Assembly (NCBI RefSeq): GCF_009914755.1
Contig: NC_060927.1
Origin: the human T2T-CHM13v2.0 reference genome, Homo sapiens
Direction: 5' to 3' (one strand)
DNA length: 64,000 nucleotides
Made by a program: the position numbers and the translations under genes. This document shows, in pieces, positions 1-10,554 of the stretch. Each line of letters starts with the position of its first letter. Within the stretch, counting starts at the first letter, position 1. A model generated the notes under the pieces. That model searched no databases. It was not told the DNA's origin and worked only from the letters and a program-made list of their open reading frames with translations.

Positions 1-329
1 GAAATGTTATCCATGAAGTAGGCCAAAATATTTATTTATATACTCTTAGTAAGTAGGCTAGATGATTAAATGAAACATTTGTTCTGACTCGCTAGACAAT
101 TTTTGATATGCTGTTTATCTATATTAAGATAAATAAAATGTGAGGAGTATGATTGAAAATAATTTTGAAATTCTTCAAGGTAAAAGTGATATTCGCTTAT
201 TTAGAACTGTTTACCTTGAGGATTCCTGAACTGGAAGCCTCAATACTTATTCAAAATGTGCATCAACTTATATTGCAAATCCAATGTACTTTTAATGATT
301 TACTACATTATAGGTTCACAAGGAATGTA

Positions 330-1065
330 CAAAACCAAAATAAAACAAACTCAATGTCCAGAACTAATAATAAGTTTGACCAGGTCACAAGATATAAAGT
401 AAACATTTAAAAATCAATTGTATTTCTAAATTTTAACACTGGAACCCAAAATTAAAAATAAAATGCTATTTAAAATTGCCAAAAAAGAGAGAGAAATACT
501 TAGGTGAAAACTCATCAAAACATGTACAGGAAATGTTTGCTAAAAACTATAAAATATTAGTGAAATAAATTTTTAAAATGTAAATAAAAAGACAGACTTT
601 GTGTTCATGGATTGGAAGACAGCATAGTAAACTCAGTTCACCCCAAATTGATATATGGGAATAATATAATTATTTTCAAAACACAGCAAAATTTTTTGGG
701 CATTGTGTATGTAATATTATCGATTAAAAAGGCCAAAATATTTATTTTATGGACTTTTTTAACCTATTTTGTTTTAATATAGTCAAGCTTTTGCTAAAAT
801 TTATGTGGAAAGGCAAAGGAAATAGAGGGGCAAAAACAATATTGAAGAGGAAGAGTAAAATGAGAGGAATTCATTTCTCCAATTTCAAAAATTATTATAA
901 AGTTAAAGTAGTCAGGCATGAAGTATTGGTGAAGGGATAGACAGAGATTAATGGAATAAAATACAGAAACATAAGACACTAAAACAAACATGCAAAATGC
1001 TTTTTGATATAGATGGAAAGGCAATGTGATGGTGGAAAGATATCTATTTTGGATAACTGTAGGAA
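330..1065 (+). mobile_element. Old L1M (L1MB/MC-like) ORF2 3' fragment, decayed
   Basis: L1 ORF2-like words such as 'aaaatcaattgtatttcta', 'gtgttcatggattggaagac' and 'aatttcaaaaattattataaag'; no open frame. Confidence 0.75.
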
Positions 1066-1262
1066 AGACAAAAAGAGAAAGAAGAAGGAAGGGAGGGGGA
1101 AGGAAGGAAGGAAAGAAAGAAGGAAGGAAAGAAAGAAAGAAAAAAAGAAGAAAGAAAAAGAAAGAGAGAAGAAAGAAAGAAAAAGAAAGAGACAGAGAAA
1201 CAGAGAAAGAGAGGAAGGAAGGAAGGAAGGAAGGAAGGAAGGAAGAAAGGAGAAAGAGGAAG
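1066..1262 (+). repeat. Compound purine-rich simple repeat (GAAA/GGAA/GA)n
   Basis: About 195 nt that are almost all A/G, with GGAA and GAAA runs. Confidence 0.95.
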
Positions 1263-2680
1263 GCCATTCTGGCTAGTGTGAGAGGGTATCTCTTTGTGAT
1301 TGTGATTTGCATTTCTCTAATGATTAGTGATATTGAGCATTTTTTTCATGTGCTTTTCAGCCACATGTATGTCTTCTTCTGAGAAGTGCCTCTGTCCTTT
1401 GCTCAATTTTTTTTCATGGGGTTATTATTATCATTATTTGCTTGTTGACTTGTTTAAGTTCCTTATTGATTCTATATATTAGATCTTTGTCAGATGCATA
1501 TTTTGCAAGTATTTTCTCCTTCTTTGGTTATCTGTTTAATCTGTTGATAGTTCCTTTTGCTGTGCAGCAACTCTTTAGTTTAAATAAGTCTCATTTGTCA
1601 ATTTTTGTTTTTGTTGCAATTGCTTATGACATCTTTGTCATGAAATCTTTGCAAGAGCCTATGTCCAGAATGGTATTTCCCAGGCTTTCTTCTGGAGTTT
1701 TAATAGCTTTAAGTTTTACATTTAAGTCTTTAATTTAACTTGAATTAAATTTCATATATGGTAAAAGGAAGGGGTCCAGTTTCACTCTTCTGCATGTGAC
1801 TAGCCAGTCATCCTAGCACCATTTATTGAATAGGGAGTTCTTTCCCCATTGCTTCTTTTTGTCAACTTTGTCAAAGGTCAATTGGCTGCAGCTGTGTGAC
1901 TTTATTACTGGGTTCTCTAATCTGTTCCGTTGTATTATGTATCTGTTTTTATACCAGTACTAGGCTGTTTTGGTTACTGTAGCTTTGCAGTATAGATTGA
2001 AGCTGGGTAACGTGATGTCTCCAGCTTTGTTGTTTTTGCTTAGGATTCAAGTGGCTATTCAGGCTTTTTTGGTTCCATATGAATTTTAGAATAGCTTTTT
2101 TCTAGTTATGTGAAAAATGTCATTGGTAGTTTGATATAAAGAGCATTGAATCTTTACATTGCTTTGTACGGTTTGGCCATTTTAACAATATTGATTCTTT
2201 CCATCCATGAGCATTGAACCCTTTCCATTTGTTTTTGTCCTCTATGATTTCTTTCAGCAGTGTTTTGTCATTCTTGTTGTAGAGATCTTTCTCCTCCCTG
2301 GTTAGCCGTATTCCTAGGTATGTGTGTGTGAGTGTGTGTGTGTGTGTGTCTACTGTGAATGGGATTGTGTTCTTGATTTGGGTCTCAGCTTGGATGCCGT
2401 TTGTGTATAGAAATGTACTGATCTTTGTATGCTTAAACTTTGCTGAAGTTGTTTATCAGATCTGGGAACTTTTGGGCAGAAACTATGGGTTTTCTAGGTA
2501 TAAACTCATATCATCTGTGAAGAGAGATAGTTTGGACTTTCTTCCTATTTTGATATATTTTATTTCTTTCTCTTGCCTGATTGCTCTCAGGCACTATGTT
2601 GAATAGGAGTGATGAGAGTGGGCATCCTCTTCTTGTTCCAATTCTAAAGGGGAATGCTGCTGGCTTTTGCCCATTTCAGT
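1263..2680 (-). mobile_element. L1PA/L1PB-type ORF2 fragment (RT to C-terminal region), with an internal (TG)n at ~2320-2349
   Basis: Antisense L1 words 'gatttgcatttctctaatgattagtgatattgagcattttt', 'gcaccatttattgaataggg' and 'ttggttccatatgaattttagaatag'. Confidence 0.9.
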
Positions 2681-3672
2681 CTTCTTATCTATAAAATGAA
2701 GACAGTAATAGTACTTTTACTGAAAAACTGTTATAAATACATGCTAATGTATTTATGCTAATAAAATATTATATTAGTATATGTAATAAATGTATTTATG
2801 CTAGTAAAATATATTAGCATAAATACTTTAGCATGTATTTATAACAGTTTTTCAGAAAACTTTCATGCTAATAAATTATATTAGCATAATTTTACATTTT
2901 ATGCACTCAACAAATTTTTATTAATTAAAAGGTAATATAAAGCCAATGTTTAACATATGACTATAGCAGTGTGAGTACGACTTAGATGTTATGTCGTTAG
3001 TGGGCATTTTCTTCTTTAGGGTAAGACAAGATAACAACTCAAAAGTCTCTCTTCCATTACTCTGAGACTTTCTCAACATTATTGCAAGTCATTTGTGACT
3101 CTGAAATACGTATAAATCTTTTGGTGGTGAGAATGATCTAGCTCAGCATTTGTCACTTCTTTGGTCACTGTGACTGATGAGTGATAGGCTGGTATCTTAC
3201 CATTGCTTCATAATCCAGGAGGTTTCTTCTTTAAGCATGTTCCTAATAAATAAGCCAACTAAGAAAACAAGGAGAAGATTTTTAATTGGAACTCACATTT
3301 CTTTGATGAAGTATTCAAATAAACCCACTGGGCACTTTTATTAAACAAACTCTAAGACAGAAAAAAATAGTATTTCAGTAGTGGGTTAATAATGAATAAA
3401 TAAGATAATTTGAAAGAAGTTTTACATTGATCTGAAAAGTGGGCAAGTGTAAACACATTATATTTAAAGCCAGAAGAAGTTGTGTTGGACATTACAGCAT
3501 ATGAAGATTCCACAGAAATATTTGAGCCAGTAGAGTCAGATGAGAAAATCAGAGGACTTCCCTTTAATGGAGAAGGGACTGTGGAATTTTAAGTAGGAAA
3601 TCCACAAAGCCAGCTATACATATGAATGTTATTAGAACCAAATAAGAGCCTGCTCTAAGCTCAATGCTTTGT

Positions 3673-5077
3673 TGTGAGAAAGAAAAATGGAATTCTAAGT
3701 TCCCCAATCAATGGGACATCCATCCCAGAGCAAACTTGGAAGAGGAGTTCTTGGCCATAATGGTACGGGAGGTCAGTCATGCCTCATTATACTTCCTCTG
3801 TCACTAACCACCGTTAGGTTTTCTTCCCCAAGAACTAAACAGAAACTGGCCCTCTCAAAATACTGCAGGGCTGATTTCAATCAGCTTCCTGACTGTTTCC
3901 CCTCCTTGTTGTGGTTTCCATACAATAAGCGACTAGCATTTCTTCCTGATAATAGACCACCAGCCACAGCCACCAACCATGGAGCATTTCTAGCCAGGCT
4001 CAAGAGGATGTGCAGTGGGGATTTTCATGTCTTCTGATTTATTCTTTGACATTATAGGGCTAAAAATTCCACCCCAGATCATGCTAATACCACCATTTTT
4101 TGAACGTTGGACCCATGGAGTGGCATGAAGCTCAATTGCGCATGTACATGTTTCTCCTTTCATAAATATTCCTGACTCCTCCTATAGCTTATTGAGTATT
4201 TATATTAAGTCACCTCATTAAGTATAAATCCCTGTCTTATTCTTCCTGTTAAGGGTGGCAAATATTCAAGTTACTAGTGGCAAATTTGTAAAAGTCTGCA
4301 GTAACCTTAATCCTTGCCTCCTCAGAAGAAAGAATTTGACTGAGGCATATAAGGCAAAAAAAAGAGACTGAGGCAAGTTTCAGAGCAGGAGTGGAAGTTT
4401 ATTAAAAAGTTTTAGAGTAGGAAAGAAAGGAAATACACTTGGAAGAGACCCAAGCAGGTACCTTGGGGGTCGATTGCAGTGTCTGACATTTTGACTTGGG
4501 GTTTTATATGTTGGCATACTTCTGGGGTCTTGCATTTCTTTTACCATGATGCTTCCTTTAGAGTGAGCTGCCTGCATGCTCAGTGGCCTGCTATCACTTG
4601 AGAAGTGAGAATGCATTGTGTATTTACTGTAGTTGTACATATGCTTGCCTGAGGTATTCTTCCCTTTGGTGGAAAGCTCCCAGAAGGTTCTGCTTCACCA
4701 TTTTATCGTGCTTGAGCCCATCCATCCAGTTCCTGAGATTTTACTGGAAGCTGCTAATTACCAATTTCAAGTGCTTTTATCTATTGGGATATTGCCTCTT
4801 CCTGGCACTGACTCTGACCAGTTTTATTTTGGTGTGACAGCTTCCAGACCATCACTTCATGGTTATTCCTGCTGGTCACCTGATATTCCTCTCCTGCCCT
4901 GCTCATGCTTGGCTAGTGACCTACTGTAACATTCCCACTCTCAAAGTGGCTCTTTCTAGCTTCTGCCCGGAAGCTATGTTTCCCAGCCTGTCAGAATGGT
5001 CACTGCAGTCTGCAACCCTTTTCAGAAATAAAACTTTCATTTCCAAATTTAAAAACCTCAACATTCTTCAGTTTACA
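3673..5077 (+). mobile_element. ERV1 MER4-family solo LTR, split by a nested LTR
   Basis: TG...CA termini; MER4-like 'aattctaag..cccc' and 'catgcctcattata'; AATAAA near the 3' end (~5027); imperfect flanks tttgt/tctgt. Confidence 0.7.
4247..4931 (-). mobile_element. ERV1 solo LTR, MER50-like
   Basis: Reverse complement starts tgttacagtaggtcactagccaagcatgagcagggcaggagagg; TGTT...AACA termini; 4 bp TSD ttcc at 4243-4246 and 4932-4935. Confidence 0.8.
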
Positions 5078-7069
5078 TCTGTGTTATCCTAAAATTTGAT
5101 CTCAAATTAACTTTAAAATTATTCAGGTTTGCTTCCTGAACTATTAAATTTGACTCTTTAAGTTGCTAGTGACATAAATGCTACTCAAATTAGTTTAAGT
5201 AAAAAGAGAATTTCCATGGCTCCACAATGAAAGAAAGACAAAATTTGTTCTAAGGATCATACGATTCCTCTTTCTATACCCTTTGCTTTTATTTTATCTA
5301 TGTTCTGATCACTCTCTATTAATATAGGTGGTTCTCCTTGAACTGGCAAGAGAAGTTAGTGACATAGGAAAACAAGAGGACTTACTACTTCATTATCTTT
5401 TCATTTCGGAGAAGGTCCACGATTGCTCTGGCATGTAAACAGCGCTTATTATTTTTGATACAAGTTTGGGCCCATGGAAGTGAGGTATTATTTTTAGTCA
5501 ATATCCTAGGGCAGAAAGAATTCAACAAAGATGTGAGGAAGGAAGCCATGATGCACAGTCATTCTTAGTAAGTTTTGGAATTTTTCCTCTCTGCTCTAAT
5601 ATCTACTTTTGGACTATTTCTGTTTTAAGCTTATTCCTTACATTTTGACACTGATAATTAAGAGGCCGTGATAAGAAAGAATTCAGTCAAATATGTATTT
5701 ATTGAATTAAATCTGAATTTATGTCTCTAACTTACACTTGGTCACCTGCCAGGAAAGTATCTCACTGTGAGATGGAAAATTTCTCATAAGGTATCATTTA
5801 TGATTGCTAAAAGTCTCAGTTGTCAGATTCTGTCAGTCACGTAAGTCATGGCTTCAAAGATTTGGGAATTACACAGTGTAAAACCTACTACTCATATGAC
5901 ACATTACTTTCCAGTGATATGTTTTCTTCCTTAATAGTAAGTCCCCAGGGTTTATTCACATGTATGACACATGACTGACACTTTTGGGATAGATCGTACA
6001 TAGCAATGCAGATATTTCTTAAATAATTAAAAACCTGACAATAATTTTTAAATTAATATTTGAATTAGTTGTGCATGATTTTGAAAGAAGGATATTTCCT
6101 AAATTAACATGTAAAATTATTAATCACAACAATGCAAACATCATATTTAATTATAATCACAAAAGTCTTATAGTAGGACTTCAGAAATAAATAGGTACAA
6201 CAAAAATAATAAGGCTAAAATGATGAAAATTGGTTTACAACACAGGTGATCTGGCTCCAGAGCCTGTCTATGCTCTCATTTCTACTGACAGTTATATTGT
6301 GACAAAATGTCCAGCCTTTTAAAATGAATAACCATTTAAAAATTATTAAATTAATGAGTTACTAACAATTTTATTACTTTTACAAGATTCAAGTCTACAT
6401 TTGAAAATAAATCAATAGTTTTGTGACATATGCCTAATCAACTTCTATATCAATTTAATCTAATTAATGAAATATCAATCTAATCAATTTTATATACATA
6501 ATTCAAACTGTGTAATATGCATGTACATTTATAGCCTCATTAAACAAAATTCCTTTTTTCTCTTATTCCTTTATTTTATTAAATGTTGAGCCCTTGTTTA
6601 ATTGAATTTTTTTTTAATATTAGGGTCTTCTATAGTGCAAAGCAGCTAAAAGAAGTTGAGGATTTATTCTCCAATCTTTGCCCCTCCAACATAGTTCTTT
6701 ATCATTTTCTTTCCTTTTTCCAACTTCATGTTTTTTCTCTGTCTCTTTTTGTAGTGGTTTAGTATATGATCACTCTAGTCCTTTCAGTCAGATCTTGTTT
6801 AGTATGGGCAGTTCTGTCCACATAGACTGTTTGCTGTGTTATAGTATGAGAAATTCTCCTTAACACTCATCCTACATATCCAAGTCTTGCATGTAAAAAT
6901 CTTGATTATAATTTGAGTACTGTCTTCCATCCACAAGCATTTGGCCTTAGAGTAATTGATGCCTGTGAAGGCTGATATTCTGCAAAGTGGTTAATAATTT
7001 TAGAGATCACTGAGAGCTGCTTTGTCCTTTGAGATTGTAGATTTTAAACACAGCTTTGTGTTATGTTGT

Positions 7070-7170
7070 TATGTTTTACAAATGAGGAAACTGAGCCACA
7101 GTGAACTTAAATTTTCTTGACTACTCCCCCATTACTATTAATTGGTGCAGCTGGATTTTAAACTATTTTC
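7070..7170 (-). mobile_element. MIR fragment
   Basis: MIR core 'ttttacaaatgaggaaactgag'. Confidence 0.6.
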
Positions 7171-8473
7171 TAATTAAAGTGTAATTCTTTTTCTGTAATA
7201 ACACACTTTATATTTGTTAAAGAGAAAAGGTAAAAATCTTAGAGGAGATAGAATTACAAATGGGAGATTTTTAAGGAAGGAAAGCAATTAGAAGAGGAAA
7301 ATATATGTGCGTGTTCACCCATGAGTACACACACTCACAAACATATACACCCCAAGGACTTCAGCAACAACAATGAAGCCCAAGCCCACATAGGCCTCCT
7401 GACAACACTACAAACTGATGTTCATTTCAGAGATAACATATTGCACTTGATTCTTAGCAGATCGATAGCTACAGTGCATTTATTTTTTAGTTAATAACCA
7501 CATTAGCGCCTAAGCTTTAAATAAAGTTCAGTAAAATTGAACTAGCAATTTGATCAAAACAAACATATTTCAACTGGATTTTTGAGCAGAGTCTGAGTCA
7601 TTGTTCACTCAAGGCTCCACCTTCTCCCAAGATTTATTCTAACTCAACACCCATAGAGGATATCAGCTAACATCTCTCACTCAGTCTTATCTACTTCATC
7701 CAGATTCTAACTAGAGAGGTAAAAACACTAAAACAAACATTTCTCAAATTCCACTGGAGCTATAGTTCTTATTTAAATTGGTTTCACCAATCAACCAGGT
7801 TTTGAGATTTGAAAAATAGAAGTGATGTGGAGTCTATTTTTCTATGAGCTATTTTCTATCGAGAAGCTAGGTTGTGGAAATATGAAGTTTCTCTTACACT
7901 GGCTTTCACTATCATTACACCAGCTTCTGCAGAGTGTCAAAAAGAAAACCGAAGCACAAGCCACAGAACATTGGTAGCTGCTTGATCTGACACCCAGATT
8001 CCTAACTTACGGCTCACATTGTATATGTTCTAGTTTTTCCTGGGTCACCTGCACAGTTGCAGCAGCAACAACAGTATTGCTTTCCATATTTCAGTTTTGT
8101 TTTCTTCAGCGGTCACCTCAGCAGTTATATAGTAACTCCTAATAAAGCTCTGGTCAGTCACTTCGTTTCAGTGTCATTCTAGAAGGCTCAGTTAAAAACT
8201 TTCTCCAATTATATTTTAAGCATATGACTTTCTGTTTTAAATCTCTCTATACTTAAAATGCTTAGTATATCTGTTTTTTGCTTTGACTGATATAACCTTT
8301 TTACCAACTAGAAACAATACTATTATAAAACATATGATAAATAAAAAAGACTTTGCTTCAAAGTGATATTCTTTTAATTAGTTTAATATAGGTTCGAATG
8401 CATGATATAATTACTCATGACCTGTTGTCAGTTTAAACCACTGATTGTCAATAGCCTGGTTTGCCTTTGCAGA

Positions 8474-8797
8474 TTTTTTCTTCTTTGCAGAATTTTTCTT
8501 CTTTTCTTTCCTTTGGGACGGAGTCTCACTGTGTCGCCCTGGCTGGAGTTCAGTGGCGCGATCTTGGCTCACTGCAGCGTCTGCCTCCCGGCTTCCAGCG
8601 ATTCTCCTGCCTCAGCCTCCTGGGTAGCTGGGATTACAGGCACGTGCCACCACATCTGGCTAATTTTTTGTATTTTTAGTAGAGATGGGGTTTCAGCATG
8701 TTGGTCAGGCTGGTCTGGAACTGCTGACTTGAGGTGATATGCCCATCTCGACCTCGCAAAGTGTTAAGATTGCAGGCGTGAGCCACTGTGCCCGGCC
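8474..8797 (-). mobile_element. Alu (AluS-like)
   Basis: Full antisense dimer; TSD gcctttgcaga at 8463-8473 and 8798-8808. Confidence 0.95.
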
Positions 8798-9859
8798 GCC
8801 TTTGCAGACTTCTTGTTCCAATTTCCAAAAGCTGTTATTAAGAAGTGTCTATGTTATTGGGTTAATCTACAGCTTTAGAAATTATCGTTTATAATTATAG
8901 AAAAAAATCTCTATTAAATGGTTCCATATAAATTGGAAATTTGATATGTACAGTGACTTTCAAAGATGATTAATAAGAATAGATTAGAAAAATTGTGGGA
9001 GGTATTAATAAAGAAATGATGAGCTTTGAAATCATTTTTACTCATTGACATAAACAAATTCTCTATTTCATTGGACACTGGAAAACTTTAAAAATCAGAT
9101 TACTATGAAAAAGTATTTTTACGGTGAACAATTTCTACCTCATTCTTGGACATATTTTTATGACTCATTTGGTTTTATTAATTTACTCTTGCTTCTAATT
9201 TAATTTGCAGTTTTAATTTTCTCTTGCTTCTACTACTATCAATCTTATATTTCATGCAAATTTGAATCTTCTTTGAATGAAGTTATAGTTAAATGAAAAA
9301 ATAAACCTTATGTTTCGAGAAGCTCAACTCATTATATGCTTAAATTTCAGATGTATCTCAAAATAACTTTCTACTCATACTGATGTTTACACATAGTACA
9401 GCATACCAAAAGTTGTGTGTAACTGGAAAGTATTTCAAAAGATAAAAGATTTTATGATAAAGTGAGCTTTGTAAAGAGTCATCCTGCTATTATAATCATC
9501 TTGTATAGAACAACAGCTATGGCTTAACTTTACCCTGTTAACATAATTTTTTCTAAGAAGAAATAGTATCCCTGTAAACCTAAACTACTCTATGAAGAAG
9601 TATATTAATTTTAAAACATATATTTGTTGAATTATACTTCTGAAAGTCATGGTGGCTCCAATAACTTACATTTTTTTTTAGAAAAAAGAAAGGAAAAGAA
9701 AACCAGGACCAAGATCATACAATCAGAAAAGTAGTATTTTGATTCAAGTAGTTTTCATATGCTTCTATAGCTCCTCACCCGTTTCCAGCAGAGTATATTT
9801 CGATATGCTGTCAACAAAGTTGGACCATGAAACTTAATGAAAATATGATTTAAAATATC

Positions 9860-10550
9860 ATCAAAGACAAAAAACTTAAGAATATATTTTCTAAAACATA
9901 TACAGAAACTATCCTACACAACAGTATAAAATATTACTGAGAGAAATTAAATAAGACCTAAATAAATGGCAATATACCACATTCATAATTCAGCAACCTC
10001 AATTTTTTTAAGAAGACCATATTATGCTGTTCTTGCATTGCTATAAATACCGGAGACTGGGTAACTTATAAAGGAAATAGATTTAATTGGATCATGGTTC
10101 TGCAGGCTTCACAGGAAGTATGGTGCTGGCATCTGCTCAGCTTCTGGTGAAGTCTCAGAGAGCTTACAATCGTGGCGGAAGGCAAAGCAGGAGCAAATAC
10201 TTCACAAGGTGAGAGCAGGAGCAAGTGTGCGTGCATGAGAGACAGAGAGAAAGAGAGAGACTAGGGGAAAGTGCCACACAGTTTTAAATGTCCAGATCTC
10301 ATGTGAACTCAGACCAAGAGCTCACTTATCACCAACGGGATGGCCTAAGCCATTCATGAGCAATCCATCCCCATGATTCAAACACCTCCCACCAAGTCCC
10401 TCCTCCAACATTGGGGATTATGTTGTAACATGAGATTTGGTTAGGAACTAACATCCAAACTATATCAGAATAATTCTTCCCAAATTGATATGCAGATTTA
10501 ATGCAATTAAAATCAATATGGCTAAGATGCTTTTTTAAATACAAATATTC
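9860..10550 (+). mobile_element. Old L1M ORF2 fragment interrupted by an MST LTR
   Basis: 'ataaaatattactgagagaaattaaataagacctaaataaatgg', resuming after the LTR with 'cttcccaaattgatatgcagatttaatgcaat'. Confidence 0.6.
10018..10467 (-). mobile_element. MaLR solo LTR (MSTA/MSTB-like)
   Basis: Reverse complement begins tgatatagtttggatg...aaatctcatg...ccccaatgttggagg, the MST 5' end. Confidence 0.85.
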
Positions 10551-10554
10551 AAAA

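Noticed and set aside
794-1382. Longest ORFs in the track (172, 118 and 87 aa)
   Set aside because: They are open only because the GA-rich simple repeat has no stop codons; the products are low-complexity
8417-8737. Alu-derived ORFs here and at ~20.9, 25.7, 27.1, 30.4, 43.3, 44.5, 52.5 and 62.2 kb
   Set aside because: Typical Alu translations (e.g. [11 protein letters not shown]); no evidence of exonisation from sequence alone
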